A DNA stretch of 64,000 nt from assembly GCA_965231125.1 (NCBI GenBank), contig OZ246414.1:209739-273738 (forward strand). Reading direction: 5' to 3'. A program made the translations under genes and the position numbers. Below are positions 31,466 through 40,684 of the stretch, piece by piece; positions within the stretch are counted from its first letter, which is position 1; each line of letters opens with the position of its first letter. The stretch is from an uncultured Gammaproteobacteria bacterium (GTDB lineage: Bacteria > Patescibacteriota > Microgenomatia > Woykebacterales > RBG-16-39-9b). The notes under the pieces are model-generated. The model made no database searches, was not told where the DNA came from, and saw only the letters and a program-made list of their open reading frames with translations.

Positions 31466-32753
31466 AGTTTTATTGGATATTTGGAAAAGTCCAGACCTAC
31501 GCGGGAGAATTATTTTTACTTTGGCAGTGATTTTTATTGTCAGGGTTTTGGCTTTTATTCCCGTGCCAGGTGCAGATCCGACAGCTTTAAAAAATCTTTT
31601 TTCAGGCAGTCAATCACTCGGGCAGATATTAAATCTTCTGGATTTGTTTTCAGGAGGGACGCTGCTGCGTTTTTCAATAGTAGCGCTGGGTCTTAACCCT
31701 TACATAAATGCTTCGATTATTATGCAGCTTATGGGCATGGTAATTCCTCAGATTGAAGAACTCCAAAAAGAAGGTGAATATGGACGCCAAAAAATAAACC
31801 AGTACACGCGGATCCTCACCGTTCCACTTGCCTTGGTGCAATCGTACGGGGTAGTTATTTTAATTCGCCACACGGCGCCGCAGTTTTTAGGAGCCATCAA
31901 CCCACTTAGCTTAGTTACAATAATTTTAACTATGACAGCCGGAACAATTTTAATGATGTGGTTAGGAGAGATTATAACCGAACAAGGGATAGGCAACGGT
32001 ATATCGATATTAATCTTCGCAGGAATTGTTGCCCGCATCCCAATTAGTCTGGGGCAGACGGCTTCAATTTTTAACTCTCAAAACTTTTCTACAGTGGCCT
32101 TGCTTGTGGTTGTAGGACTAATTGTTATTGTAGCAACTGTGATAATTAACGAAGGTCAGCGTCGAGTTTTGGTACAGTACGCCAGGCGCGTTCGGGGCAA
32201 TCGGCTTTACGGCGGTCAAACCACCCACCTGCCAATTAGAGTAAATCAAGCGGGTGTAATACCTATTATTTTTGCTATCTCGTTAACATTGATTCCTACT
32301 ATGTTAGGGGCCTTTTTTTCAACCTCTTCAAACCAGGTAGTTGCTCACGCGGCAACGAGTATCCAAAATATTTTCAATAATACTTACTATAACAGCACAA
32401 TTTATTTTGTTCTGGTTCTTGTTTTTACCTACTTTTATACTGCAGTTACATTTAACCCAACTAAAGTCGCCGATGAAATAAAGAAGTATGGTGGTTTTAT
32501 CCCAGGGATAAGACCGGGCAAAGCAACAGCCGAATATTTAGGATTTATCTCAAACAGGATAACCTTATTGGGAGGAGTATTTTTGGGGTTAATTGCCGTA
32601 CTGCCGTTTATTGCTAGAGACGTAAGTGGTATAAGTACAATTGCTTTAGGAGGCACCGGACTCCTAATTGTTGTTTCGGTTGTTATTGAGACAGCTAAGC
32701 AACTTGAGTCGCAACTAATTATGCGCTCTTATGAAGGTTTTCTTTCTCGATGA
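31458..32753 (+). CDS. secY: preprotein translocase subunit SecY
   Basis: 10-TM SecY homology. Confidence 0.96.
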   Translation: MIKVLLDIWKSPDLRGRIIFTLAVIFIVRVLAFIPVPGADPTALKNLFSGSQSLGQILNLLDLFSGGTLLRFSIVALGLNPYINASIIMQLMGMVIPQIEELQKEGEYGRQKINQYTRILTVPLALVQSYGVVILIRHTAPQFLGAINPLSLVTIILTMTAGTILMMWLGEIITEQGIGNGISILIFAGIVARIPISLGQTASIFNSQNFSTVALLVVVGLIVIVATVIINEGQRRVLVQYARRVRGNRLYGGQTTHLPIRVNQAGVIPIIFAISLTLIPTMLGAFFSTSSNQVVAHAATSIQNIFNNTYYNSTIYFVLVLVFTYFYTAVTFNPTKVADEIKKYGGFIPGIRPGKATAEYLGFISNRITLLGGVFLGLIAVLPFIARDVSGISTIALGGTGLLIVVSVVIETAKQLESQLIMRSYEGFLSR

Positions 32754-33286
32754 ATATTTTAATCTTCGGAGTTCAAGGGTCTGGTAAAAGTACAGTTGGA
32801 CGTTATATCGCCAAAAAATTAAACATACCTTTCATCGCAACCGGGGATATCTTCAGAAAATTGAGAGAAGAACAATCTACGCTTGGCGGACTCGTGAGGG
32901 ACAAAATTGATAAAGGCTTTTTAGTTCTAGACGAACCAACTATGGGGATTGTCAATCAAAGATTGAACGAGAAAGACACGGAAAGCGGATTTGTGTTAGA
33001 TGGCGCGCCGCGAAATTTAAAACAGGTAGAGATGCTTAATAAAAATGTCGATCTACTCGTTTTGGTTAATTTGGATAAGAAAGAAGCAATTTCAAGGCTT
33101 TTAAACAGAGCTCGCCATGATGACACGAGAGAAGCAATCGAAAAAAGGATTTCATGGTATGAAGAACAAACAAAGCCGGTTATTGATTATTATAAAGGAA
33201 AAAACGTTAAGGTAACTACTGTAGATAACATGCCTGCCGAAGATTTGGTCAGAAAAAAAGTAGATGATTTATTTGAAGAATTCTAA
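32750..33286 (+). CDS. adk: adenylate kinase (short-LID form)
   Basis: P-loop GVQGSGKST; 178 aa. Confidence 0.9.
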   Translation: MNILIFGVQGSGKSTVGRYIAKKLNIPFIATGDIFRKLREEQSTLGGLVRDKIDKGFLVLDEPTMGIVNQRLNEKDTESGFVLDGAPRNLKQVEMLNKNVDLLVLVNLDKKEAISRLLNRARHDDTREAIEKRISWYEEQTKPVIDYYKGKNVKVTTVDNMPAEDLVRKKVDDLFEEF

Positions 33287-34007
33287 AGAAATAGAGCTTA
33301 TGCGGCAGGCTGGAAGAGTCGCTGCTTTGGCTTTAAAAAAAGTTGAGGAGCACATTAAAATTAGGGTGAAGATTAGGCAGTTAGATAAAATTGCTGAAGA
33401 AGTAATTAATAGCAACGGTGCGACTGCATCTTTCAAAGAAGTAGCCGGTTATCATCATTGTATTTGTGCTACTCAAAACGATTGGGTAGTGCACGGAATA
33501 CCGGGCGAGTACGAGTTGAAGGATGGAGATATCATTGGTATTGATCTTGGAGCTTACTATAAAGGCTATCATTCCGATATGGCTCATACCTATTTAGTGG
33601 GCAAGAGCCCAAAAAAAGAAAAATTTTTGCAAACTGGTGAGACAGCTCTATGGTCCGCCATTAAAGAAGCCAAAGTAGGTAATCATATTGGTGATATTAG
33701 TAATAAAATTCAGGTGGTTGTTGAGGGTGCTGGCTACTCGGTGGTAAAAGAACTAGTTGGTCATGGAGTCGGAAAAGATTTACATGAGGACCCGCTAATT
33801 CCAGGAAAAGGAAAAAAAGGAACAGGGGCTGAAATTGAGGAAGGTATGGTTTTGGCGATTGAAGTTATTTACAATATGGGAAGCCCGGACATAACGTTAC
33901 TTTCAGATGGGTGGACAATAGCAACAAAAGATGGTTCTTACTCGGGTCTTTTCGAAAGAACAATCGCCGTAACCAAAGAAGGACCTGTAGTATTGACGCG
34001 GGTTTAG
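33264..34007 (+). CDS. map: type I methionine aminopeptidase
   Basis: MetAP metal-ligand pattern (D..D..H..E..E). Confidence 0.93.
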   Translation: MIYLKNSKEIELMRQAGRVAALALKKVEEHIKIRVKIRQLDKIAEEVINSNGATASFKEVAGYHHCICATQNDWVVHGIPGEYELKDGDIIGIDLGAYYKGYHSDMAHTYLVGKSPKKEKFLQTGETALWSAIKEAKVGNHIGDISNKIQVVVEGAGYSVVKELVGHGVGKDLHEDPLIPGKGKKGTGAEIEEGMVLAIEVIYNMGSPDITLLSDGWTIATKDGSYSGLFERTIAVTKEGPVVLTRV

Positions 34008-34045
34008 CTTTAGTGTAAAATTACCAGGATCTTTTTTCAAATTGT

Positions 34046-34288
34046 ATGGAACAGGGAAATGAAAACATTCAGGTATCAGGAAAGGTATTAGAATCACTAC
34101 CTAACACTTTATTTAGGGTAGAGGTTGCTAAAGACGCTCCGGAGAGGGTTGCAGGCAAAATACTGCTCTGCCACATATCAGGCAAAATGCGAATGCATTA
34201 TATTAGAATTTTACCCGGAGATAAAGTGCGAGTGGAGGTTACCCCGTACGATTTGGAAAAAGGCAGAATTGTATATCGAGAGGGTTAG
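34046..34288 (+). CDS. infA: translation initiation factor IF-1
   Basis: S1-like IF-1 homology. Confidence 0.93.
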   Translation: MEQGNENIQVSGKVLESLPNTLFRVEVAKDAPERVAGKILLCHISGKMRMHYIRILPGDKVRVEVTPYDLEKGRIVYREG

Positions 34289-34308
34289 ATGATCGAGGAA
34301 ACAAAAAC

Positions 34309-34422
34309 GTGAAAGTTCAAGCATCAATTAAAAAACGTTGTGCCCAATGTAAAATAGTAAAAAGGCGTGGAGTTCTCTACGTTATCTGTACGAACCCGCG
34401 TCACAAACAACGTCAGGGATGA
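34309..34422 (+). CDS. rpmJ: 50S ribosomal protein L36 (zinc-ribbon form)
   Basis: 37-aa [40 protein letters not shown] with a GTG start. It is too short to appear in the ORF track and sits at the canonical infA-rpmJ-rpsM position. Confidence 0.9.
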   Translation: MKVQASIKKRCAQCKIVKRRGVLYVICTNPRHKQRQG

Positions 34423-34483
34423 TTAAGTTAGTAGGGTGTTAGCCACTAGCGACCAGTGGCTAGCGAACTAATTTCTAAATATT

Positions 34484-34897
34484 ATGGCTAGAATTGCAGG
34501 AGTAGAACTACCAGAAAATAAAAAAATAGTATTTGCACTACCGTATATTTACGGGGTTGGTTTTAGCCTGTCTAAAAAGATAGTAAAAGAGGCAAAAGTA
34601 GATCAGGAAAGACGAGTTAAAGAATTGACAGAAGAAGAAGTTGCCAGAGTGCAAAAAGCGGTTGATAAATACCCAATTGAGGGGGATTTGCGCCGCCAAG
34701 TACAGCAAAATATTAGAAGGTTAGAGGAAATCGGTACTTACAGGGGAGTGCGACACAAGAAAAATTTACCAGTTCGGGGCCAACGTACCAGAAGTAATGC
34801 ACGAACAAAGAGAGGAAAGAGAGTCACGATCGGAGCAATGAAGAAGGAAGTAATGCAAAAAACAGAGAAGCCCACCCAGGAAGAAGTTAAGAAATAA
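34484..34897 (+). CDS. rpsM: 30S ribosomal protein S13
   Basis: S13 homology. Confidence 0.95.
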   Translation: MARIAGVELPENKKIVFALPYIYGVGFSLSKKIVKEAKVDQERRVKELTEEEVARVQKAVDKYPIEGDLRRQVQQNIRRLEEIGTYRGVRHKKNLPVRGQRTRSNARTKRGKRVTIGAMKKEVMQKTEKPTQEEVKK

Positions 34898-35295
34898 TGG
34901 CAAAAAGTAAGCAGGAAGTGCATTCTAGAAAATTAAAAGAAAGAACCGACATTAACAAAGGCAAAGTTTTTGTGAGTGCCAGTTTTAATAATACTATCGT
35001 CACTATTACAGATAGTCGTGGTAATACTTTGGGTTGGAGTAGCGGTGGTAGCGTTGGTTTTAAAGGGGCTAGGAAATCTACTCCGTTTGCAGCCACAACT
35101 GCAATGGAAAGCTTAGTAAAAAAAGTGGTGGATAAGGGGCTAAAAGAGGTAGAAGTTTATGTTAAAGGTCCCGGCTCTGGACGAGACGCCGCCGTTAAAG
35201 CCTTAAAAGGTAGTGGTATTACAATCAAAGCTATCGCGGACGTTACACCAATTCCGCACAATGGACCAAGACCGAGAAAGAAGAGAAGAGTATAA
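34897..35295 (+). CDS. rpsK: 30S ribosomal protein S11
   Basis: S11 homology. Confidence 0.95.
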   Translation: MAKSKQEVHSRKLKERTDINKGKVFVSASFNNTIVTITDSRGNTLGWSSGGSVGFKGARKSTPFAATTAMESLVKKVVDKGLKEVEVYVKGPGSGRDAAVKALKGSGITIKAIADVTPIPHNGPRPRKKRRV

Positions 35296-35296
35296 A

Positions 35297-35926
35297 ATGG
35301 GAAGATATTTAGGACCAAAATTTAAATTAGATCGACGTGAAGGCACGAACCTTTTCTTAAAAGGGAAGAGGAGTTTGAGCTCTAAACACCCAATTGAGAA
35401 AAAGGGGGCAGTACTGCCCGGCCAGCATGGGCAATCAAGAAGAAGACGAAAAACCTCAGATTATGGTTTACAACTTCGTGAGAAACAAAAGGTCAAGAGA
35501 ATGTACGGTCTCTTTGAGAGACAATTTAAGAAATACTTCAAGCAAGCAGCGAGAGGAAAAGGGGATACAGGTTTTGCTCTTTTACAGAAGCTAGAGACGA
35601 GACTAGACAACGTTGTTTATCGGTTGGGGCTGGCTGCATCGCGATCTCAAGCCAGACAAATCGTTTCTCACGGCCATGTTTTGGTTAATGATAAAAAAGT
35701 GAATATTCCTTCTTTCGAGGTAAAAGTAGACAACATCATTTCTCTATCGGCGAAAGCACAGAAATTTAATTTGGTGAAAGAGTCTTTGGAGGCACAGGAT
35801 GCAGATTCATTACCAAAATGGTTGGAAAGAAAAGGTTTATCTGGTAAAGTGAACCGACTGCCAGAAAAAGAAGAAATCGTTCAAGATATAAACGATCAAT
35901 TAATTGTTGAGTTCTATAGTCGTTAG
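35297..35926 (+). CDS. rpsD: 30S ribosomal protein S4
   Basis: MGRYLGPKFKLDRREG; ATG at 35297 follows the rpsK stop. Confidence 0.94.
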   Translation: MGRYLGPKFKLDRREGTNLFLKGKRSLSSKHPIEKKGAVLPGQHGQSRRRRKTSDYGLQLREKQKVKRMYGLFERQFKKYFKQAARGKGDTGFALLQKLETRLDNVVYRLGLAASRSQARQIVSHGHVLVNDKKVNIPSFEVKVDNIISLSAKAQKFNLVKESLEAQDADSLPKWLERKGLSGKVNRLPEKEEIVQDINDQLIVEFYSR

Positions 35927-36043
35927 ACTTCAGGACTCGAAGAGTTCTACCGTCGTTAGGGATGGAAAGCCTAAGGCTCTCGTTCTAGATAATTGTTAAT
36001 TTATGATTTATATAACCACTAAGGTGGAGGAGGATATATTATT

Positions 36044-36949
36044 ATGGTAGATAAAGTTAGAGTGATTCCTTCGGGAAATGATAAGGAAGGGACTCTTATA
36101 ATAGAGCCATTACCCCAAAGTTATGGCGTGACTTTGGGTAACTCTCTGCGCCGTGTTTTGCTTACTTCCCTTCCTGGGGCGGCTATAACCCAAGTAAAAA
36201 TCTCGGGAGTATCCCACGAGTACTCCACGATTAAAGGGGTAAAAGAAGACGTGGTCGAGATACTTTTGAACCTAAAAGGGGTAAGACTTCAAATTGATGG
36301 CGATAAGCCGGTTAAATTGACTCTCGATGTAAAAGGTCCAAAAGAAGTGTTGGCAAAAGATATAGAAGTACCGTCCGGAGTGAAAATAGCAAATCCGGAT
36401 CATTATATTACTACTCTCTCAGATTCCAAAACGAAGCTATCCGTCGATATTAAGGCGGAAACAGGTTTTGGCTACGTACCTGTCGAATCGCGACGCTCTT
36501 TGGGGGTGGGGACTATTCCCCTGGACGCAACTTTCAGCCCAGTCCTAAAAGTTAATTATAAAGTTGAGGCGACACGGGTTGGTCAAATAACAAACTTCGA
36601 TAAGCTGATAATTACGGTAACTACAGATGGGACAATTACACCCGCCGAGGCAGTAAAACAAGCCTCAAAAATATTAACAGACTACTTCAATGTTTTGGTT
36701 GAACAAAAGAAACCGACAAAGGAAGATAAGCAGGAAAAGGCTCCTCGACCAAAGATCGAAAAAGACGCTCTTGTTGAAGAGCTGGAACTTTCCACTCGGA
36801 TAACTAATTCTCTACGTTCGGCTGGTATTGATACGGTTGAGAAGCTGCTTAAAACACCAAAGGAAGATTTGGTTAAATTGAAGAATATGGGCGCAAAATC
36901 CATATCGGATATTGAAGAAAAACTAAAAGAGAAAGGATTAGTCAGCTGA
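36044..36949 (+). CDS. rpoA: DNA-directed RNA polymerase subunit alpha
   Basis: Alpha NTD and CTD homology; GGTGGAGGAGG RBS. Confidence 0.95.
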   Translation: MVDKVRVIPSGNDKEGTLIIEPLPQSYGVTLGNSLRRVLLTSLPGAAITQVKISGVSHEYSTIKGVKEDVVEILLNLKGVRLQIDGDKPVKLTLDVKGPKEVLAKDIEVPSGVKIANPDHYITTLSDSKTKLSVDIKAETGFGYVPVESRRSLGVGTIPLDATFSPVLKVNYKVEATRVGQITNFDKLIITVTTDGTITPAEAVKQASKILTDYFNVLVEQKKPTKEDKQEKAPRPKIEKDALVEELELSTRITNSLRSAGIDTVEKLLKTPKEDLVKLKNMGAKSISDIEEKLKEKGLVS

Positions 36950-37488
36950 TGGCGCACCGGATTTTTGGCAGGAAGTTAAGTCGGACGACTAATCAAAGAA
37001 AAGCACTTTTGCGGTCTCTTGCAAACTCGGTTATTTTGTATGAGAAAGTGAAAACCACAAAAGCAAAAGCAAAAGCCGTAAAACCTTTTCTTGAGAAACT
37101 GATAACAGTTTCTAAAAATGATAGTATTTTCGCCAGACGTACTTTGGTAGCAAAGCTTGGGTTGGAAAATTCAGCCAGTAAACTTTTGGAGGTTATTGGC
37201 CCAACTTTTAAAGAAAGGCCGGGCGGGTATTTGAGATTAACAAAATTATCACCCCGCTCCGGCGATTCAGCCAATATGGTTGTCATTGAGTTTGTCGAGC
37301 AATTGTCCGCTCCAAAAAAGATCGTCAAGGGCAGCGCAGGGGAGCTAAAAACAAAAGAGCCACGAAGGAACCGTTCTTCGGCAGTTAAAAAAGAAACTAA
37401 AAAGACAGCCACCGAAAGTTCGAAAAAAATAAATAAACCCACTAAAAAATCTGCCCCAAAGATAAGCAATGAAAAAAGAGATAAGTAA
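36949..37488 (+). CDS. rplQ: 50S ribosomal protein L17 with a ~55-aa Lys-rich C-terminal extension
   Basis: L17 homology in the first ~120 aa. Confidence 0.92.
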   Translation: MAHRIFGRKLSRTTNQRKALLRSLANSVILYEKVKTTKAKAKAVKPFLEKLITVSKNDSIFARRTLVAKLGLENSASKLLEVIGPTFKERPGGYLRLTKLSPRSGDSANMVVIEFVEQLSAPKKIVKGSAGELKTKEPRRNRSSAVKKETKKTATESSKKINKPTKKSAPKISNEKRDK

Positions 37489-37987
37489 AAAGCCTTCGAC
37501 CCGAGTGAAGGATCAGGGTTCAAAAGTAAAAAGTCAAAATCAAGATAGGGAAAACACTTCTCTCAATAAAACAAGTAAAACTGTACTGGAGAAAAAGTGG
37601 TATCTGGTCGATGCGAAGAATAAAGTTTTGGGAAGGTTAAGTACCAAAATAGCAAAATTACTGATGGGCAAGGACAAGGCAGGTTTTGTTCGTTATAAAG
37701 ATAGTGGTGATTATGTAGTGGTGATAAATGCCGCCAAAATTGCGGTCTCAGGTACTAAAGAGAAGAATAAAAAATATTACAACTATTCTGGGTATCCAAG
37801 TGGGTTAAAAGAAACTACCTTAGGAAAGCTGCGAGCCCGAAAACCTGAGGAGATAGTTCGTCACGCAGTTTCGGGAATGCTACCTAAAAACCGTTTAGCC
37901 AAGGCCATTATAAAAAAACTTTACATCTACCCAAAAGAAGACCATCCCCACGAACCTCAGAAGCCGACTGTAGTGGAGTTGAACTAA
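37469..37987 (+). CDS. rplM: 50S ribosomal protein L13 with an N-terminal extension (start uncertain; GTG 37505 is an alternative)
   Basis: WYLVDAKNKVLGRLS core. Confidence 0.88.
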   Translation: MKKEISKKPSTRVKDQGSKVKSQNQDRENTSLNKTSKTVLEKKWYLVDAKNKVLGRLSTKIAKLLMGKDKAGFVRYKDSGDYVVVINAAKIAVSGTKEKNKKYYNYSGYPSGLKETTLGKLRARKPEEIVRHAVSGMLPKNRLAKAIIKKLYIYPKEDHPHEPQKPTVVELN

Positions 37988-37988
37988 T

Positions 37989-38504
37989 ATGCCGAGAACT
38001 AAAAAAAGTACAGTTGAAAAGGTAGATAAAGAAAAGGCCAAAGACACTCTCACGACCGAGAAAAAAACGGCTGAACAAAGTGAAGTTAAAGAAAAAGCCA
38101 AGGCGAAAGAAAAAAAGGAATTTTTTCAAGGACTTGGAAGAAGAAAAGAGTCTATTGCTAGGGTGCGCCTCTTTCTTAAAAAAGGTGATCTTTTGGTAAA
38201 TAATAAACCGATCTCCGAATATTTTTCTGAAGCAGCCGCCCAAAAAGTTTACGAAGAACCGCTTCGCACTGTTAACCGGCTTGGTCAAGTCTCCGGGACT
38301 ATAAAAGTTCGAGGTGGGGGTAGAGTTGGCCAACTTGGAGCCGTCACCCACGGAATTTCCAGGGCCTTGCTTGATCTGGACGAGAGTTTTCGAGCTACCC
38401 TTTCAAAGAAAAAACTTCTAACTCGAGATTCCCGTGTCAAAGAGAGGCGTAAATACGGCCACGCTGGTAAAGCTAGAAAAATGAAGCAGAGTCCGAAACG
38501 TTAG
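37989..38504 (+). CDS. rpsI: 30S ribosomal protein S9 with a ~40-aa K/E-rich N-terminal extension
   Basis: GLGRRKESIARV...C-terminal ...AGKARKMKQSPKR. Confidence 0.93.
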   Translation: MPRTKKSTVEKVDKEKAKDTLTTEKKTAEQSEVKEKAKAKEKKEFFQGLGRRKESIARVRLFLKKGDLLVNNKPISEYFSEAAAQKVYEEPLRTVNRLGQVSGTIKVRGGGRVGQLGAVTHGISRALLDLDESFRATLSKKKLLTRDSRVKERRKYGHAGKARKMKQSPKR

Positions 38505-38695
38505 TATTTGTTGTGGAAGATCGCTTGGTAAAGAAAGAGGATACCAACTAGTCCAGGTAGTAGGGATAAGAGTTCGAAGAAACGGATGTGGATTTGACCA
38601 ATTAGCAAGGCGATTAGCAAAAGCACAAACCCCCAAACAAAAGTTGGAATTCTTTTAATGACCACCCAGTTTATATTCCTTAACCATTCCTCCAT
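38501..38695 (-). CDS. possible small hydrophobic protein (64 aa, 2 TM)
   Basis: Convergent with rpsI, 4-nt overlap, no clear RBS. Confidence 0.25.
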   Translation of the reverse strand: MEEWLRNINWVVIKRIPTFVWGFVLLLIALLIGQIHIRFFELLSLLPGLVGILFLYQAIFHNKY

Positions 38696-38828
38696 ATTTA
38701 CATTATATCAAAGTAACAAATCTGCTTTTAAACCCTGTAGTTGATTAACGTTTACTAAAGGATTAATATGTAAACAATCGAAAAGACTTTTTAGTAAGTT
38801 CGATCAATCAAAAGTGAAGGAGAAGGTC

Positions 38829-40049
38829 ATGGATAGAGTCGTTGTGACTGGTAGAGGGGCAGTCTGCCCTTTGGCAAACAACTGGCCTGATAGTTGGGCG
38901 GCAATGCTGCAAGGGCGCTCTGGTATTGGCCCACTCACAAAGTTTGACGCGCCTTGGTTCGAAGCCGGAATTGTTGGTGAAGTGCGTAATTTCCATCCGG
39001 AGGAAGTTATCCCTGGAAAAGTTTTAAAGAGAGCGGCGATTCCTAGTCATTACGCACTTGTTGCTACTCACGAAGCAGTTGCCGAGTCGGGGCTGGTAAT
39101 TAACGAGTCGAACACAGAAGATGTGGGAGTGATCTTTGGCTCGGCGGGTGGAGGGTACGAACGTATTTTGAAGCAGGAGCATGTCCTTTTTGAAGAAAGT
39201 GCTCGACGCGTTAGCTCATTTACAATCGCCCACATGTTACCAGATGCTTCTTCCGGGCACATCGCCATTGCGCTTGGGGCAAAAGGACCAAACTACTGCC
39301 CGACCGCTGCCTGCGCTACCGGAACAGTCGCAGTTGGCGAAGCCATGGAGACAATCCGTCGCGGCGATGCCAAAGCCATAATTTGCGGTGGTACAGACGA
39401 GCCGATTCTGCCGGTACTGCTTGCCGGATTTCAAGCTTTAAAAGGCATGGCGACGGAAGCTTGCAGGCCTTTCGATCTACGTCGTGACGGTTTTGTTGTC
39501 GGCGAAGGGGCGGCAGCACTAGTGCTAGAAAGCCTGGACTTTGCGAGAGCCCGCGGTGCCCGCGTCTACGCGGAAGTTGTTGGCTATGGTTCAGCGGCTG
39601 ATGCCTTCCATATGGAAAAGCCGGATGAGTGGGGAGATGGGATCGGTCGGGCTATGGTAATGGCCTTACGAAAAGCAGATATTTCACCTGAAGAAGCCGA
39701 CTACATAAATGCGCATGGGACTGGTACGCCGTTGAACGACAAGGTGGAGACATTAGCCATAAGGAGCGTCTTCGGCTCGCATGCGTACGAACTTGCTGTC
39801 AGCTCAACGAAGTCGATGGTCGGTCATCTCATGGGTGGTGCTGGCGCTCTTGAGGCGTTGGCAACAGTTAGCGCAATTAACGACGAAATGATCCCGCCGA
39901 CCATCAACTACGAAACGCCGGATCCGGAGTGTGATTTGGATTATGTACCAAATACCGCCCGCCGAAGAAAGATAGATGTAGCGTTGTCCAACTCGCTTGG
40001 TCTTGGTGGGCACAACGCTTGCGTAGTCTTTAGGAAATTTGAGGGTTAG
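38829..40049 (+). CDS. fabF: beta-ketoacyl-ACP synthase II-like condensing enzyme
   Basis: Cys-His-His triad contexts (AACATG, AHGTGT, GHLMGGAG). AAGGAG RBS 8 nt before ATG 38829. GC about 50-52% versus about 40% in the flanks. Confidence 0.88.
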   Translation: MDRVVVTGRGAVCPLANNWPDSWAAMLQGRSGIGPLTKFDAPWFEAGIVGEVRNFHPEEVIPGKVLKRAAIPSHYALVATHEAVAESGLVINESNTEDVGVIFGSAGGGYERILKQEHVLFEESARRVSSFTIAHMLPDASSGHIAIALGAKGPNYCPTAACATGTVAVGEAMETIRRGDAKAIICGGTDEPILPVLLAGFQALKGMATEACRPFDLRRDGFVVGEGAAALVLESLDFARARGARVYAEVVGYGSAADAFHMEKPDEWGDGIGRAMVMALRKADISPEEADYINAHGTGTPLNDKVETLAIRSVFGSHAYELAVSSTKSMVGHLMGGAGALEALATVSAINDEMIPPTINYETPDPECDLDYVPNTARRRKIDVALSNSLGLGGHNACVVFRKFEG

Positions 40050-40067
40050 GTCAGATAACAGAAATCA

Positions 40068-40103
40068 AAACGGGTGTTCACACGAATGCCCGTTTCTTTT
40101 TTC
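40068..40103 (+). terminator. rho-independent terminator after fabF
   Basis: AACGGG...CCCGTT stem followed by TCTTTTTTC. Confidence 0.6.
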
Positions 40104-40164
40104 TATAAATATTTTTTCTTCCACACTTGGAATTATACTCTATAAGTATTTAAAATTTCAGCTA

Positions 40165-40193
40165 TTGACAAATGCAAATGATTTGCATATAGT
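40165..40193 (+). promoter_or_regulatory. zur promoter TTGACA-17-TATAGT with an embedded 17-nt perfect palindrome ATGCAAATgATTTGCAT (Zur/Fur-box-like operator)
   Basis: The palindrome at 40173..40189 overlaps the spacer and the -10. Confidence 0.6.
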
Positions 40194-40255
40194 TAGCCCA
40201 CGTAAGTGGTCGCAGAACGTGAAGCGATCTATTGCAAGTCAACTACACCTACATT

Positions 40256-40684
40256 ATGCAAAAAGACGTCTTAGAAATATTAAAAGAAAATAAAATAAAA
40301 ATTACCAACGAGAGAAAGGAAATTATTTCAGTTCTTCAAAGTACAAAATTCCCCCTTCGTCCAGCGGATATATTTTTAAGGATTAAGTCAAAGTTGCCTA
40401 AGGCCAACTTGACAACAGTTTACAGAAATTTAGAAATGTTGGAAGGTTTAAGTTTAATTAAAAAGTTGACTTTCGATAAAGACAGTTTCTCTTATGAATT
40501 AGTAACAAACCGGCCCCACCACCATCATGTTGTGTGTAAAAACTGCGGTAAGATTGAAGATTTAAATAATATTCCAGAAAAATTTGTCAAAGAAATTTCG
40601 GAAAGCACAAAATTTAAAATCGAAGACCACAACTTAGAATTCTTTGGTATTTGTGAATCCTGCTCAAAGGAGTTAAACAGATGA
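40256..40684 (+). CDS. zur: Fur-family metalloregulator, probably Zur
   Basis: HHHH...CxxC...CxxC motifs, winged-helix N-terminus, and immediate linkage to znuACB. Confidence 0.8.
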   Translation: MQKDVLEILKENKIKITNERKEIISVLQSTKFPLRPADIFLRIKSKLPKANLTTVYRNLEMLEGLSLIKKLTFDKDSFSYELVTNRPHHHHVVCKNCGKIEDLNNIPEKFVKEISESTKFKIEDHNLEFFGICESCSKELNR

